Shown piece by piece: positions 1 through 13,800 of a stretch of DNA of 64,000 nucleotides. The notes under the pieces were generated by a model. It was not told the origin of the DNA and ran no database searches. It saw only the letters and a program-made list of their open reading frames with translations. The translations under genes and the position numbers were made by a program. Source of the stretch: Eledone cirrhosa (Eukaryota); the NCBI GenBank assembly GCA_964016885.1, contig OZ024740.1, forward strand, positions 251,348,001 through 251,412,000, written 5' to 3'. Every line of letters starts with the position of its first letter. The first letter of the stretch is position 1.

Positions 1-61
1 CTGATTTTTTTTACAATCTCCGCCTGATTTTTTTAAAAATTATCTTCCCTTGGCTGGCGGG

Positions 62-248
62 AAATTATCTCCCCTTGGACGGCTGGAAATTATCTCCCCT
101 TGGAAGGATGGAAATTATCTCCCCTTGGACGGCTGGAAATTATCTCCCCTTGCACGGCTGGAAATTATCTCCCCTTGGCTGGAAATTATCTCCCCTTGGA
201 CGGCTAGAAATTATCTCTCTTTGGATGGCTGGAAATTATCTCCCTTTG
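62..248 (+). repeat. Representative run of type-A monomers (25 bp, AAATTATCTCCCCTTGGACGGCTGG), including the GGAAGGATGG, TGCACGG, 21-bp TTGGCTGG and CTAG/CTCTCTTT variants
   Basis: Read directly. The same ordered run recurs at ~3860, 5160, 8980, 10280, 14105, 15400, 19220, 30990, 45640, 50330, 53205, 57900 and 62590. Confidence 0.95.
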
Positions 249-967
249 ATTTTTTTTACAAATTATCTCCCTCTGATTTTTTTTACAAATCTCCCCCTGA
301 TTTTTTTTTACAAATTATCTCCCCCTGATTTTTTTTACAAACTATCGCCCCTGATTTTTTTACAAATTATCTCCCCTTGGCTGGCTGGAAATTATCTCCC
401 CTTGGAGGCTGGAATTTATCTCCCCTTGGACGGCTGGAAATTACCTCTCCTTGGACGGCTGAAAATTATCTCCCCTTGGACGGCTGGAAATTATCTCCCC
501 TTGATTTTTTTACAAATTATCTCCCCCTGATTTTTTTTTTACAAATTATCTCCCCCTGATTTTTTTTACAAATTATCTACGCCTGATTTTTTTAAATATT
601 ATCTCTCCTTGGCTGGCGGGAAATTATCTCCCCTTGGAAGGATGGAAATTATCTCCCCTTGGACGGCTGGAAATTATCTCCCCTTGCACTGCTGGAAATT
701 ATCTCCCCTTGGACGGCTGGAAATTATCTGCCCTTGATTTTGTTTTTACAAATTATCTTCCCCTGATTATTTTTACAAATTATCTCCACCTGATTTTTTA
801 AAAAATTATCTCCCCTTGGACGGCTGGAAATTATCTCCCCTTGGCTGGAAATTATCTCCCCTTGGACGGCTAGAAATTATCTCTCTTTGGACGGCTGGAA
901 ATTATCTCCCCTTGATTTTTTTTACAAATTATCTCCCCCTGATTTTTTTTACAAATTATCTCCCCAT

Positions 968-1810
968 GATTTTTAAAAAAAAAATTATCTCCCCTTCGCT
1001 GGCTGGAAATTATCTCCCCTTGGACGCTGGAAATTATAGCCCCTTGGAGGGCTGGAAATTATCTTCCCTTGGACGGCTGGAAATTATCTCCCCTTGATTT
1101 TTTTTACAAATTATCTCCCCCTGATTTTTTTTTACAAATTATCTCCCCCTGATTTTTTTTTTACAAATTATCTCCGCCTGATTTTTTTAAAAAAATTATC
1201 TCCCCTTGGACGGCTGGAAATTATCTCCCCTTGGACGGCTGGAAATTATCTCCCCTTGGACGGCTAGAAATTACCTCTCCTTGGACGGCTGAAAATTATC
1301 TCCCCTTGGACGGCTGCAAATTATCTCCCCTTGATTTTTTTTACAAATTATCCCCCCATGATTTTAAAAAAAAAAATTATCTCCCCTTCGCTGGCTGGAA
1401 ATTATCTCCCCTTGGACGCTGGAAATTATAGCCCCTTGGAGGGCTGGAAATTATCTTCCCTTGGACGGCTGGAAATTATCTCCCCTTGATTTTTTTTACA
1501 AATTATCTCCCCCTGATTTTTTTTTACAAATTATCTCCCACTGATTTTTTTTTACAAATTATCTCCTCCTGATTTTTTTTTTACAAATTATCTCCGCCTG
1601 ATTTTTTAAAAAAAATTATCTCCCCTTGGACGGCTGGAAATTATCTCCCCTTGGACGGCTGGAAATTATCTCCCCTTGGACGGCTAGAAATTACCTCTCC
1701 TTGGACGGCTGAAAATTATCTCCCCTTGGACGGCTGCAAATTATCTCCCCTTGATTTTTTTTACAAATTATCTCCCCCTGATTTTTTTTACAAATTATCT
1801 CCCCCTGATT
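968..1810 (+). repeat. ~0.4-kb sub-unit duplication (TTCGCTGG/ATAGCCCC module + B run + CTAG/ACCTCTCC/CTGAAAA/CTGCAAA module)
   Basis: ORFs with the same N-terminus at 1231/1651 (offset 420). The pair recurs at 46908/47328. Confidence 0.75.
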
Positions 1811-4800
1811 TTTTTTACAAATTATCTCCCCCTGATTTTTTTTTACAAATTATCTCCCCCTGATTTTTTTTTACAAATTATCTCCCCCTGATTTTTTTTA
1901 CAATCTCCGCCTGATTTTTTAAAAAATTATCTTCCCTTGGCTGGCGGGAAATTATCTCCCCTTGGACGGCTGGAAATTATCTCCCCTTGGACGGCTAGAA
2001 ATTATCTCTCTTTGGACGGCTGGAAATTATCTCCCCTTGATTTTTTTTACAAATTATCTCCCCCTGATTTTTTTTACAAATTATCCCCGCATGATTTTTA
2101 AAAAAAAAATTATCTCCCCTTCGCTGGCTGGAAATTATCTCCCCTTGGACGCTGGAAATTATAGCCCCTTGGAGGGCTGGAAATTATCTTCCCTTGGACG
2201 GCTGGAAATTATCTCCCCTTGATTTTTTTTACAAATTATCTCCCCCTGATTTTTTTTTACAAATTATCTCCCCCTGATTTTTTTTTACAAATTATCTCCC
2301 CCTGATTTTTTTTTTTACAAATTATCTCCGCCTGATTTTTAAAAAAAAATTATCTCCCCTTGGACGGCTGGAAATTATCTCCCCTTGGACGGCTGGAAAT
2401 TATCTCCCCTTGGACGGCTAGAAATTACCTCTCCTTGGACGGCTGAAAATTATCTCCCCTTGGACGGCTGCAAATTATCTCCCCTTGATTTTTTTTACAA
2501 ATTATCTCCCCCTGATTTTTTTTACAAATTATCTCCCCCTGATTTTTTTTACAAATTATCTCCCCCTGATTTTTTTTTACAAATTATCTCCCCCTGATTT
2601 TTTTTTACAAATTATCTCCCCCTGATTTTTTTTACAAATTATCTCCCCCTGATTTTTTTTACAAATTATCTCCCCCGGATTTTTTTTAATAAATTATCTC
2701 CCCTTGATTTTTTTTTACAAATTATCTCCGCCTGATTTTTTTTTTACAAATTATCTTCCCCTGATTTTTTTACAAATTATCTCCCCCTGATTTTTTTTAC
2801 AAATTATCTCCCCCTGATTTTTTTTACAAATTATCTCCCCTTGATTTTTTTTTACAAATTATCTCCCCCTGATTTTTTTTTTACAAATTATCTCCCCCTG
2901 ATTTTTTTAAAAATTATCTTCCCTTGGCTGGCGGGAAATTATCTCCCCTTGGACGGCTGGAAATTATCTCCCCTTGGAAGGATGTAAATTATCTCCCCTT
3001 GGACGGCTGGAAATTATCTCCCCTTGCACGGCTGGAAATTATCTCCCCTTGATTTTTTTTACAAATTATCTCCCCCTGATTTTTTTTTACAAATTATCTC
3101 CCCCTGATTTTTTTTTACAAATTATCTCCCCCTGATTTTTTTTACAAATTATCTCCCCCTGATTTAAAAAAAAAAAATTATCTCCCCTTCGCTGGCTGGA
3201 AATTATCTCCCCTTGGACGCTGGAAATTATAGCCCCTTGGAGGGCTGGAAATTATCTTCCCTTGGACGGCTGGAAATTATCTTCCCTTGGACGGCTGGAA
3301 ATTATCTCCCCTTGATTTTTTTTACAAATTATCTCCCCCTGATTTTTTTTTACAAATTATCTCCCCCTGATTTTTTTTTTACAAATTATCTCCCCCTGAT
3401 TTTTTTTTTACAAATTATCTCCGCTTGATTTTTAAAAAAAAATTATCTCCCCTTGGACGGCTGGAAATTATCTCCCCTTGAACGGCTGGAAATTATCTCC
3501 CCTTGGACGGCTAGAAATTATCTCTCCTTGGACGGCTGAAAATTATCTCCCCTTGGACGGCTGCAAATTATCCCCCCTTGATTTTTTTTACAAATTATCT
3601 CCCCCTGATTTTTTTTTACAAATTATCTCCCCCTCATTTTTTTTACAAATTATCTACCCCTGATTTTTTTTACAAATTATCTCCCCCTGATTTTTTTTTA
3701 CAAATTATCTCCCCCTGATTTTTTTTTACAAATTATCTCCCCCTGATTTTTTTTTTACAAATTATCTCCCCCTGATTTTTTTACAAATTATCTCCCCCTG
3801 ATTTTTTTTACAATCTCCGCCTGATTTTTTTAAAAATTATCTTCCCTTGGCTGGCGGGAAATTATCTCCCCTTGGACGGCTGGAAATTATCTCCCCTTGG
3901 AAGGATGGAAATTATCTCCCCTTGGACGGCTGGAAATTATCTCCCCTTGCACGGCTGGAAATTATCTCCCCTTGGCTGGAAATTATCTCCCCTTGGACGG
4001 CTAGAAATTATCTCTCTTTGGATGGCTGGAAATTATCTCCCTTTGATTTTTTTTACAAATTATCTCCCTCTGATTTTTTTTACAAATCTCCCCCTGATTT
4101 TTTTTTACAAATTATCTCCCCCTGATTTTTTTTACAAACTATCGCCCCTGATTTTTTTACAAATTATCTCCCCTTGGCTGGCTGGAAATTATCTCCCCTT
4201 GGAGGCTGGAATTTATCTCCCCTTGGACGGCTAGAAATTACCTCTCCTTGGACGGCTGGAAAATATGTCTCCTTGGACGGCTGGAAATTATCTCCCCTTG
4301 GACGGCTGGAAATTACCTCTCCTTGGACGGCTGAAAATTATCTCCCCTTGGACGGCTGGAAATTATCTCCCCTTGATTTTTTTACAAATTATCTCCCCCT
4401 GATTTTTTTTTACAAATTATCTCCCCCTGATTTTTTTTACAAATTATCTACGCCTGATTTTTTTAAATATTATCTCTCCTTGGCTGGCGGGAAATTATCT
4501 CCCCTTGGAAGGATGGAAATTATCTCCCCTTGACGGCTGGAAATTATCTCCCCTTGCACTGCTGGAAATTATCTCCCCTTGGACGGCTGGAAATTATCTG
4601 CCCTTGATTTTGTTTTTACAAATTATCTTCCCCTGATTATTTTTACAAATTATCTCCACCTGATTTTTTAAAAAATTATCTCCCCTTGGACGGCTGGAAA
4701 TTATCTCCCCTTGGCTGGAAATTATCTCCCCTTGGACGGCTAGAAATTATCTCTCTTTGGACGGCTGGAAATTATCTCCCCTTGATTTTTTTTACAACTT

Positions 4801-7800
4801 ATCTCCGCCTGATTTTTTTTAAAAAATCATCTCCCCTTGGACGGCTGGAAATTATCTCCCCTTGGACGGCTGGAAATTATCTCTCCTTGGACGGCTAGAA
4901 ATTACCTCTCCTTGGATAATTGAAAATTATCTCCCCTTGGACGGCTGGAAATTATCTCCCCTTGATTTTTTTTACAAATTATCTCCCCCTGATTTTTTTT
5001 ACAAATTATCTCCCCTGATTTTTTTTTACAAATTATCTCCCCCTGATTTTTTTTTACAAATTATCTCCCCCTGATTTTTTTACAAATTATCTCCCCCTGA
5101 TTTTTTTTACAATCTCCGCCTGATTTTTTTAAAAATTATCTTCCCTTGGCTGGCGGGAAATTATCTCCCCTTGGACGGCTGGAAATTATCTCCCCTTGGA
5201 AGGATGGAAATTATCTCCCCTTGGACGGCTGGAAATTATCTCCCCTTGCACGGCTGGAAATTATCTCCCCTTGGCTGGAAATTATCTCCCCTTGGACGGC
5301 TAGAAATTATCTCTCTTTGGATGGCTGGAAATTATCTCCCTTTGATTTTTTTTACAAATTATCTCCCTCTGATTTTTTTTACAAATCTCCCCCTGATTTT
5401 TTTTTACAAATTATCTCCCCCTGATTTTTTTTACAAACTATCGCCCCTGATTTTTTTACAAATTATCTCCCCTTGGCTGGCTGGAAATTATCTCCCCTTG
5501 GAGGCTGGAATTTATCTCCCCTTGGACGGCTGGAAATTACCTCTCCTTGGACGGCTGAAAATTATCTCCCCTTGGACGGCTGGAAATTATCTCCCCTTGA
5601 TTTTTTTACAAATTATCTCCCCCTGATTTTTTTTTTACAAATTATCTCCCCCTGATTTTTTTTACAAATTATCTACGCCTGATTTTTTTAAATATTATCT
5701 CTCCTTGGCTGGCGGGAAATTATCTCCCCTTGGAAGGATGGAAATTATCTCCCCTTGGACGGCTGGAAATTATCTCCCCTTGCACTGCTGGAAATTATCT
5801 CCCCTTGGACGGCTGGAAATTATCTGCCCTTGATTTTGTTTTTACAAATTATCTTCCCCTGATTATTTTTACAAATTATCTCCACCTGATTTTTTAAAAA
5901 ATTATCTCCCCTTGGACGGCTGGAAATTATCTCCCCTTGGCTGGAAATTATCTCCCCTTGGACGGCTAGAAATTATCTCTCTTTGGACGGCTGGAAATTA
6001 TCTCCCCTTGATTTTTTTTACAAATTATCTCCCCCTGATTTTTTTTACAAATTATCTCCCCATGATTTTTAAAAAAAAAATTATCTCCCCTTCGCTGGCT
6101 GGAAATTATCTCCCCTTGGACGCTGGAAATTATAGCCCCTTGGAGGGCTGGAAATTATCTTCCCTTGGACGGCTGGAAATTATCTCCCCTTGATTTTTTT
6201 TACAAATTATCTCCCCCTGATTTTTTTTTACAAATTATCTCCCCCTGATTTTTTTTTTACAAATTATCTCCGCCTGATTTTTTTAAAAAAATTATCTCCC
6301 CTTGGACGGCTGGAAATTATCTCCCCTTGGACGGCTGGAAATTATCTCCCCTTGGACGGCTAGAAATTACCTCTCCTTGGACGGCTGAAAATTATCTCCC
6401 CTTGGACGGCTGCAAATTATCTCCCCTTGATTTTTTTTACAAATTATCCCCCCATGATTTTTAAAAAAAAAATTATCTCCCCTTCGCTGGCTGGAAATTA
6501 TCTCCCCTTGGACGCTGGAAATTATAGCCCCTTGGAGGGCTGGAAATTATCTTCCCTTGGACGGCTGGAAATTATCTCCCCTTGATTTTTTTTACAAATT
6601 ATCTCCCCCTGATTTTTTTTTACAAATTATCTCCCACTGATTTTTTTTTACAAATTATCTCCCCCTGATTTTTTTTTTACAAATTATCTCCGCCTGATTT
6701 TTTAAAAAAAATTATCTCCCCTTGGACGGCTGGAAATTATCTCCCCTTGGACGGCTGGAAATTATCTCCCCTTGGACGGCTAGAAATTACCTCTCCTTGG
6801 ACGGCTGAAAATTATCTCCCCTTGGACGGCTGCAAATTATCTCCCCTTGATTTTTTTTACAAATTATCTCCCCCTGATTTTTTTTACAAATTATCTCCCC
6901 CTGATTTTTTTTACAAATTATCTCCCCCTGATTTTTTTTTACAAATTATCTCCCCCTGATTTTTTTTTACAAATTATCTCCCCCTGATTTTTTTTACAAA
7001 TTATCTCCCCCTGATTTTTTTTACAAATTATCTCCCCCTGATTTTTTTTACAATCTCCGCCTGATTTTTTAAAAAATTATCTTCCCTTGGCTGGCGGGAA
7101 ATTATCTCCCCTTGGACGGCTGGAAATTATCTCCCCTTGGACGGCTAGAAATTATCTCTCTTTGGACGGCTGGAAATTATCTCCCCTTGATTTTTTTTAC
7201 AAATTATCCCCGCATGATTTTTAAAAAAAAAATTATCTCCCCTTCGCTGGCTGGAAATTATCTCCCCTTGGACGCTGGAAATTATAGCCCCTTGGAGGGC
7301 TGGAAATTATCTTCCCTTGGACGGCTGGAAATTATCTCCCCTTGATTTTTTTTACAAATTATCTCCCCCTGATTTTTTTTTACAAATTATCTCCCCCTGA
7401 TTTTTTTTTACAAATTATCTCCCCCTGATTTTTTTTTTTACAAATTATCTCCGCCTGATTTTTAAAAAAAAATTATCTCCCCTTGGACGGCTGGAAATTA
7501 TCTCCCCTTGGACGGCTGGAAATTATCTCCCCTTGGACGGCTAGAAATTACCTCTCCTTGGACGGCTGAAAATTATCTCCCCTTGGACGGCTGCAAATTA
7601 TCTCCCCTTGATTTTTTTTACAAATTATCTCCCCCTGATTTTTTTTACAAATTATCTCCCCCTGATTTTTTTTACAAATTATCTCCCCCTGATTTTTTTT
7701 TACAAATTATCTCCCCCTGATTTTTTTTTACAAATTATCTCCCCCTGATTTTTTTTACAAATTATCTCCCCCTGATTTTTTTTACAAATTATCTCCCCCG

Positions 7801-10800
7801 GATTTTTTTTAATAAATTATCTCCCCTTGATTTTTTTTTACAAATTATCTCCGCCTGATTTTTTTTTTACAAATTATCTTCCCCTGATTTTTTTACAAAT
7901 TATCTCCCCCTGATTTTGTTTACAAATTATCTCCCCCTGATTTTTTTTACAAATTATCTCCCCTTGATTTTTTTTTACAAATTATCTCCCCCTGATTTTT
8001 TTTTTACAAATTATCTCCCCCTGATTTTTTTAAAAATTATCTTCCCTTGGCTGGCGGGAAATTATCTCCCCTTGGACGGCTGGAAATTATCTCCCCTTGG
8101 AAGGATGTAAATTATCTCCCCTTGGACGGCTGGAAATTATCTCCCCTTGCACGGCTGGAAATTATCTCCCCTTGATTTTTTTTACAAATTATCTCCCCCT
8201 GATTTTTTTTTACAAATTATCTCCCCCTGATTTTTTTTTACAAATTATCTCCCCCTGATTTTTTTTACAAATTATCTCCCCCTGATTTAAAAAAAAAAAA
8301 TTATCTCCCCTTCGCTGGCTGGAAATTATCTCCCCTTGGACGCTGGAAATTATAGCCCCTTGGAGGGCTGGAAATTATCTTCCCTTGGACGGCTGGAAAT
8401 TATCTTCCCTTGGACGGCTGGAAATTATCTCCCCTTGATTTTTTTTACAAATTATCTCCCCCTGATTTTTTTTTACAAATTATCTCCCCCTGATTTTTTT
8501 TTTACAAATTATCTCCCCCTGATTTTTTTTTTACAAATTATCTCCGCTTGATTTTTAAAAAAAAATTATCTCCCCTTGGACGGCTGGAAATTATCTCCCC
8601 TTGAACGGCTGGAAATTATCTCCCCTTGGACGGCTAGAAATTATCTCTCCTTGGACGGCTGAAAATTATCTCCCCTTGGACGGCTGCAAATTATCCCCCC
8701 TTGATTTTTTTTACAAATTATCTCCCCCTGATTTTTTTTTACAAATTATCTCCCCCTCATTTTTTTTACAAATTATCTACCCCTGATTTTTTTTACAAAT
8801 TATCTCCCCCTGATTTTTTTTTACAAATTATCTCCCCCTGATTTTTTTTTACAAATTATCTCCCCCTGATTTTTTTTTTACAAATTATCTCCCCCTGATT
8901 TTTTTACAAATTATCTCCCCCTGATTTTTTTTACAATCTCCGCCTGATTTTTTTAAAAATTATCTTCCCTTGGCTGGCGGGAAATTATCTCCCCTTGGAC
9001 GGCTGGAAATTATCTCCCCTTGGAAGGATGGAAATTATCTCCCCTTGGACGGCTGGAAATTATCTCCCCTTGCACGGCTGGAAATTATCTCCCCTTGGCT
9101 GGAAATTATCTCCCCTTGGACGGCTAGAAATTATCTCTCTTTGGATGGCTGGAAATTATCTCCCTTTGATTTTTTTTACAAATTATCTCCCTCTGATTTT
9201 TTTTACAAATCTCCCCCTGATTTTTTTTTACAAATTATCTCCCCCTGATTTTTTTTACAAACTATCGCCCCTGATTTTTTTACAAATTATCTCCCCTTGG
9301 CTGGCTGGAAATTATCTCCCCTTGGAGGCTGGAATTTATCTCCCCTTGGACGGCTAGAAATTACCTCTCCTTGGACGGCTGGAAAATATGTCTCCTTGGA
9401 CGGCTGGAAATTATCTCCCCTTGGACGGCTGGAAATTACCTCTCCTTGGACGGCTGAAAATTATCTCCCCTTGGACGGCTGGAAATTATCTCCCCTTGAT
9501 TTTTTTACAAATTATCTCCCCCTGATTTTTTTTTACAAATTATCTCCCCCTGATTTTTTTTACAAATTATCTACGCCTGATTTTTTTAAATATTATCTCT
9601 CCTTGGCTGGCGGGAAATTATCTCCCCTTGGAAGGATGGAAATTATCTCCCCTTGACGGCTGGAAATTATCTCCCCTTGCACTGCTGGAAATTATCTCCC
9701 CTTGGACGGCTGGAAATTATCTGCCCTTGATTTTGTTTTTACAAATTATCTTCCCCTGATTATTTTTACAAATTATCTCCACCTGATTTTTTAAAAAATT
9801 ATCTCCCCTTGGACGGCTGGAAATTATCTCCCCTTGGCTGGAAATTATCTCCCCTTGGACGGCTAGAAATTATCTCTCTTTGGACGGCTGGAAATTATCT
9901 CCCCTTGATTTTTTTTACAACTTATCTCCGCCTGATTTTTTTTAAAAAATCATCTCCCCTTGGACGGCTGGAAATTATCTCCCCTTGGACGGCTGGAAAT
10001 TATCTCTCCTTGGACGGCTAGAAATTACCTCTCCTTGGATAATTGAAAATTATCTCCCCTTGGACGGCTGGAAATTATCTCCCCTTGATTTTTTTTACAA
10101 ATTATCTCCCCCTGATTTTTTTTACAAATTATCTCCCCTGATTTTTTTTTACAAATTATCTCCCCCTGATTTTTTTTTACAAATTATCTCCCCCTGATTT
10201 TTTTACAAATTATCTCCCCCTGATTTTTTTTACAATCTCCGCCTGATTTTTTTAAAAATTATCTTCCCTTGGCTGGCGGGAAATTATCTCCCCTTGGACG
10301 GCTGGAAATTATCTCCCCTTGGAAGGATGGAAATTATCTCCCCTTGGACGGCTGGAAATTATCTCCCCTTGCACGGCTGGAAATTATCTCCCCTTGGCTG
10401 GAAATTATCTCCCCTTGGACGGCTAGAAATTATCTCTCTTTGGATGGCTGGAAATTATCTCCCTTTGATTTTTTTTACAAATTATCTCCCTCTGATTTTT
10501 TTTACAAATCTCCCCCTGATTTTTTTTTACAAATTATCTCCCCCTGATTTTTTTTACAAACTATCGCCCCTGATTTTTTTACAAATTATCTCCCCTTGGC
10601 TGGCTGGAAATTATCTCCCCTTGGAGGCTGGAATTTATCTCCCCTTGGACGGCTGGAAATTACCTCTCCTTGGACGGCTGAAAATTATCTCCCCTTGGAC
10701 GGCTGGAAATTATCTCCCCTTGATTTTTTTACAAATTATCTCCCCCTGATTTTTTTTTTACAAATTATCTCCCCCTGATTTTTTTTACAAATTATCTACG

Positions 10801-13800
10801 CCTGATTTTTTTAAATATTATCTCTCCTTGGCTGGCGGGAAATTATCTCCCCTTGGAAGGATGGAAATTATCTCCCCTTGGACGGCTGGAAATTATCTCC
10901 CCTTGCACTGCTGGAAATTATCTCCCCTTGGACGGCTGGAAATTATCTGCCCTTGATTTTGTTTTTACAAATTATCTTCCCCTGATTATTTTTACAAATT
11001 ATCTCCACCTGATTTTTTAAAAAATTATCTCCCCTTGGACGGCTGGAAATTATCTCCCCTTGGCTGGAAATTATCTCCCCTTGGACGGCTAGAAATTATC
11101 TCTCTTTGGACGGCTGGAAATTATCTCCCCTTGATTTTTTTTACAAATTATCTCCCCCTGATTTTTTTTACAAATTATCTCCCCATGATTTTTAAAAAAA
11201 AAATTATCTCCCCTTCGCTGGCTGGAAATTATCTCCCCTTGGACGCTGGAAATTATAGCCCCTTGTTGGAGGGCTGGAAATTATCTTCCCTTGGACGGCT
11301 GGAAATTATCTCCCCTTGATTTTTTTACAAATTATCTCCCCCTGATTTTTTTTTACAAATTATCTCCCCCTGATTTTTTTTTTACAAATTATCTCCGCCT
11401 GATTTTTTTAAAAAAATTATCTCCCCTTGGACGGCTGGAAATTATCTCCCCTTGGACGGCTGGAAATTATCTCCCCTTGGACGGCTAGAAATTACCTCTC
11501 CTTGGACGGCTGAAAATTATCTCCCCTTGGACGGCTGCAAATTATCTCCCCTTGATTTTTTTTTACAAATTATCCCCCCATGATTTTTAAAAAAAAAATT
11601 ATCTCCCCTTCGCTGGCTGGAAATTATCTCCCCTTGGACGCTGGAAATTATAGCCCCTTGGAGGGCTGGAAATTATCTTCCCTTGGACGGCTGGAAATTA
11701 TCTCCCCTTGATTTTTTTTACAAATTATCTCCCCCTGATTTTTTTTTACAAATTATCTCCCACTGATTTTTTTTTACAAATTATCTCCCCCTGATTTTTT
11801 TTTTACAAATTATCTCCGCCTGATTTTTTAAAAAAAATTATCTCCCCTTGGACGGCTGGAAATTATCTCCCCTTGGACGGCTGGAAATTATCTCCCCTTG
11901 GACGGCTAGAAATTACCTCTCCTTGGACGGCTGAAAATTATCTCCCTTGGACGGCTGCAAATTATCTCCCCTTGATTTTTTTTACAAATTATCTCCCCCT
12001 GATTTTTTTTACAAATTATCTCCCCCTGATTTTTTTTACAAATTATCTCCCCCTGATTTTTTTTTACAAATTATCTCCCCCTGATTTTTTTTTACAAATT
12101 ATCTCCCCCTGATTTTTTTTACAAATTATCTCCCCCTGATTTTTTTTACAAATTATCTCCCCTGATTTTTTTTACAATCTCCGCCTGATTTTTTAAAAAA
12201 TTATCTTCCCTTGGCTGGCGGGAAATTATCTCCCCTTGGACGGCTGGAAATTATCTCCCCTTGGACGGCTAGAAATTATCTCTCTTTGGACGGCTGGAAA
12301 TTATCTCCCCTTGATTTTTTTTACAAATTATCCCCGCATGATTTTTAAAAAAAAAATTATCTCCCCTTCGCTGGCTGGAAATTATCTCCCCTTGGACGCT
12401 GGAAATTATAGCCCCTTGGAGGGCTGGAAATTATCTTCCCTTGGACGGCTGGAAATTATCTCCCCTTGATTTTTTTTACAAATTATCTCCCCCTGATTTT
12501 TTTTTACAAATTATCTCCCCCTGATTTTTTTTTACAAATTATCTCCCCCTGATTTTTTTTTTTTACAAATTATCTCCGCCTGATTTTTAAAAAAAATTAT
12601 CTCCCCTTGGACGGCTGGAAATTATCTCCCCTTGGACGGCTGGAAATTATCTCCCCTTGGACGGCTAGAAATTACCTCTCCTTGGACGGCTGAAAATTAT
12701 CTCCCCTTGGACGGCTGCAAATTATCTCCCCTTGATTTTTTTTACAAATTATCTCCCCCTGATTTTTTTTACAAATTATCTCCCCCTGATTTTTTTTACA
12801 AATTATCTCCCCCTGATTTTTTTTTACAAATTATCTCCCCCTGATTTTTTTTTACAAATTATCTCCCCCTGATTTTTTTTACAAATTATCTCCCCCTGAT
12901 TTTTTTTACAAATTATCTCCCCCGGATTTTTTTTAATAAATTATCTCCCCTTGATTTTTTTTTACAAATTATCTCCGCCTGATTTTTTTTTACAAATTAT
13001 CTTCCCCTGATTTTTTTACAAATTATCTCCCCCTGATTTTTTTTACAAATTATCTCCCCCTGATTTTTTTTACAAATTATCTCCCCTTGATTTTTTTTTA
13101 CAAATTATCTCCCCCTGATTTTTTTTTTACAAATTATCTCCCCCTGATTTTTTTAAAAATTATCTTCCCTTGGCTGGCGGGAAATTATCTCCCCTTGGAC
13201 GGCTGGAAATTATCTCCCCTTGGAAGGATGTAAATTATCTCCCCTTGGACGGCTGGAAATTATCTCCCCTTGCACGGCTGGAAATTATCTCCCCTTGATT
13301 TTTTTTACAAATTATCTCCCCCTGATTTTTTTTTACAAATTATCTCCCCCTGATTTTTTTTTACAAATTATCTCCCCCTGATTTTTTTTACAAATTATCT
13401 CCCCCTGATTTAAAAAAAAAAAATTATCTCCCCTTCGCTGGCTGGAAATTATCTCCCCTTGGACGCTGGAAATTATAGCCCCTTGGAGGGCTGGAAATTA
13501 TCTTCCCTTGGACGGCTGGAAATTATCTTCCCTTGGACGGCTGGAAATTATCTCCCCTTGATTTTTTTTACAAATTATCTCCCCCTGATTTTTTTTTACA
13601 AATTATCTCTCCCTGATTTTTTTTTTACAAATTATCTCCCCCTGATTTTTTTTTTACAAATTATCTCCGCTTGATTTTTAAAAAAAAATTATCTCCCCTT
13701 GGACGGCTGGAAATTATCTCCCCTTGAACGGCTGGAAATTATCTCCCCTTGGACGGCTAGAAATTATCTCTCCTTGGACGGCTGAAAATTATCTCCCCTT

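Noticed and set aside
59-73. GGGAAATTATCTCCC as an NF-kB-like site or hairpin
   Set aside because: It has only a 4-bp stem, does not fit GGGRNWYYCC spacing, and the GGG form occurs in one minor variant only.
2470-2915. Poly-T tracts as intrinsic or Pol III terminators, retroposon tails, or frameshift/phase-variation sites
   Set aside because: They are an integral part of the B monomer. There are no upstream hairpins, genes or target-site duplications.
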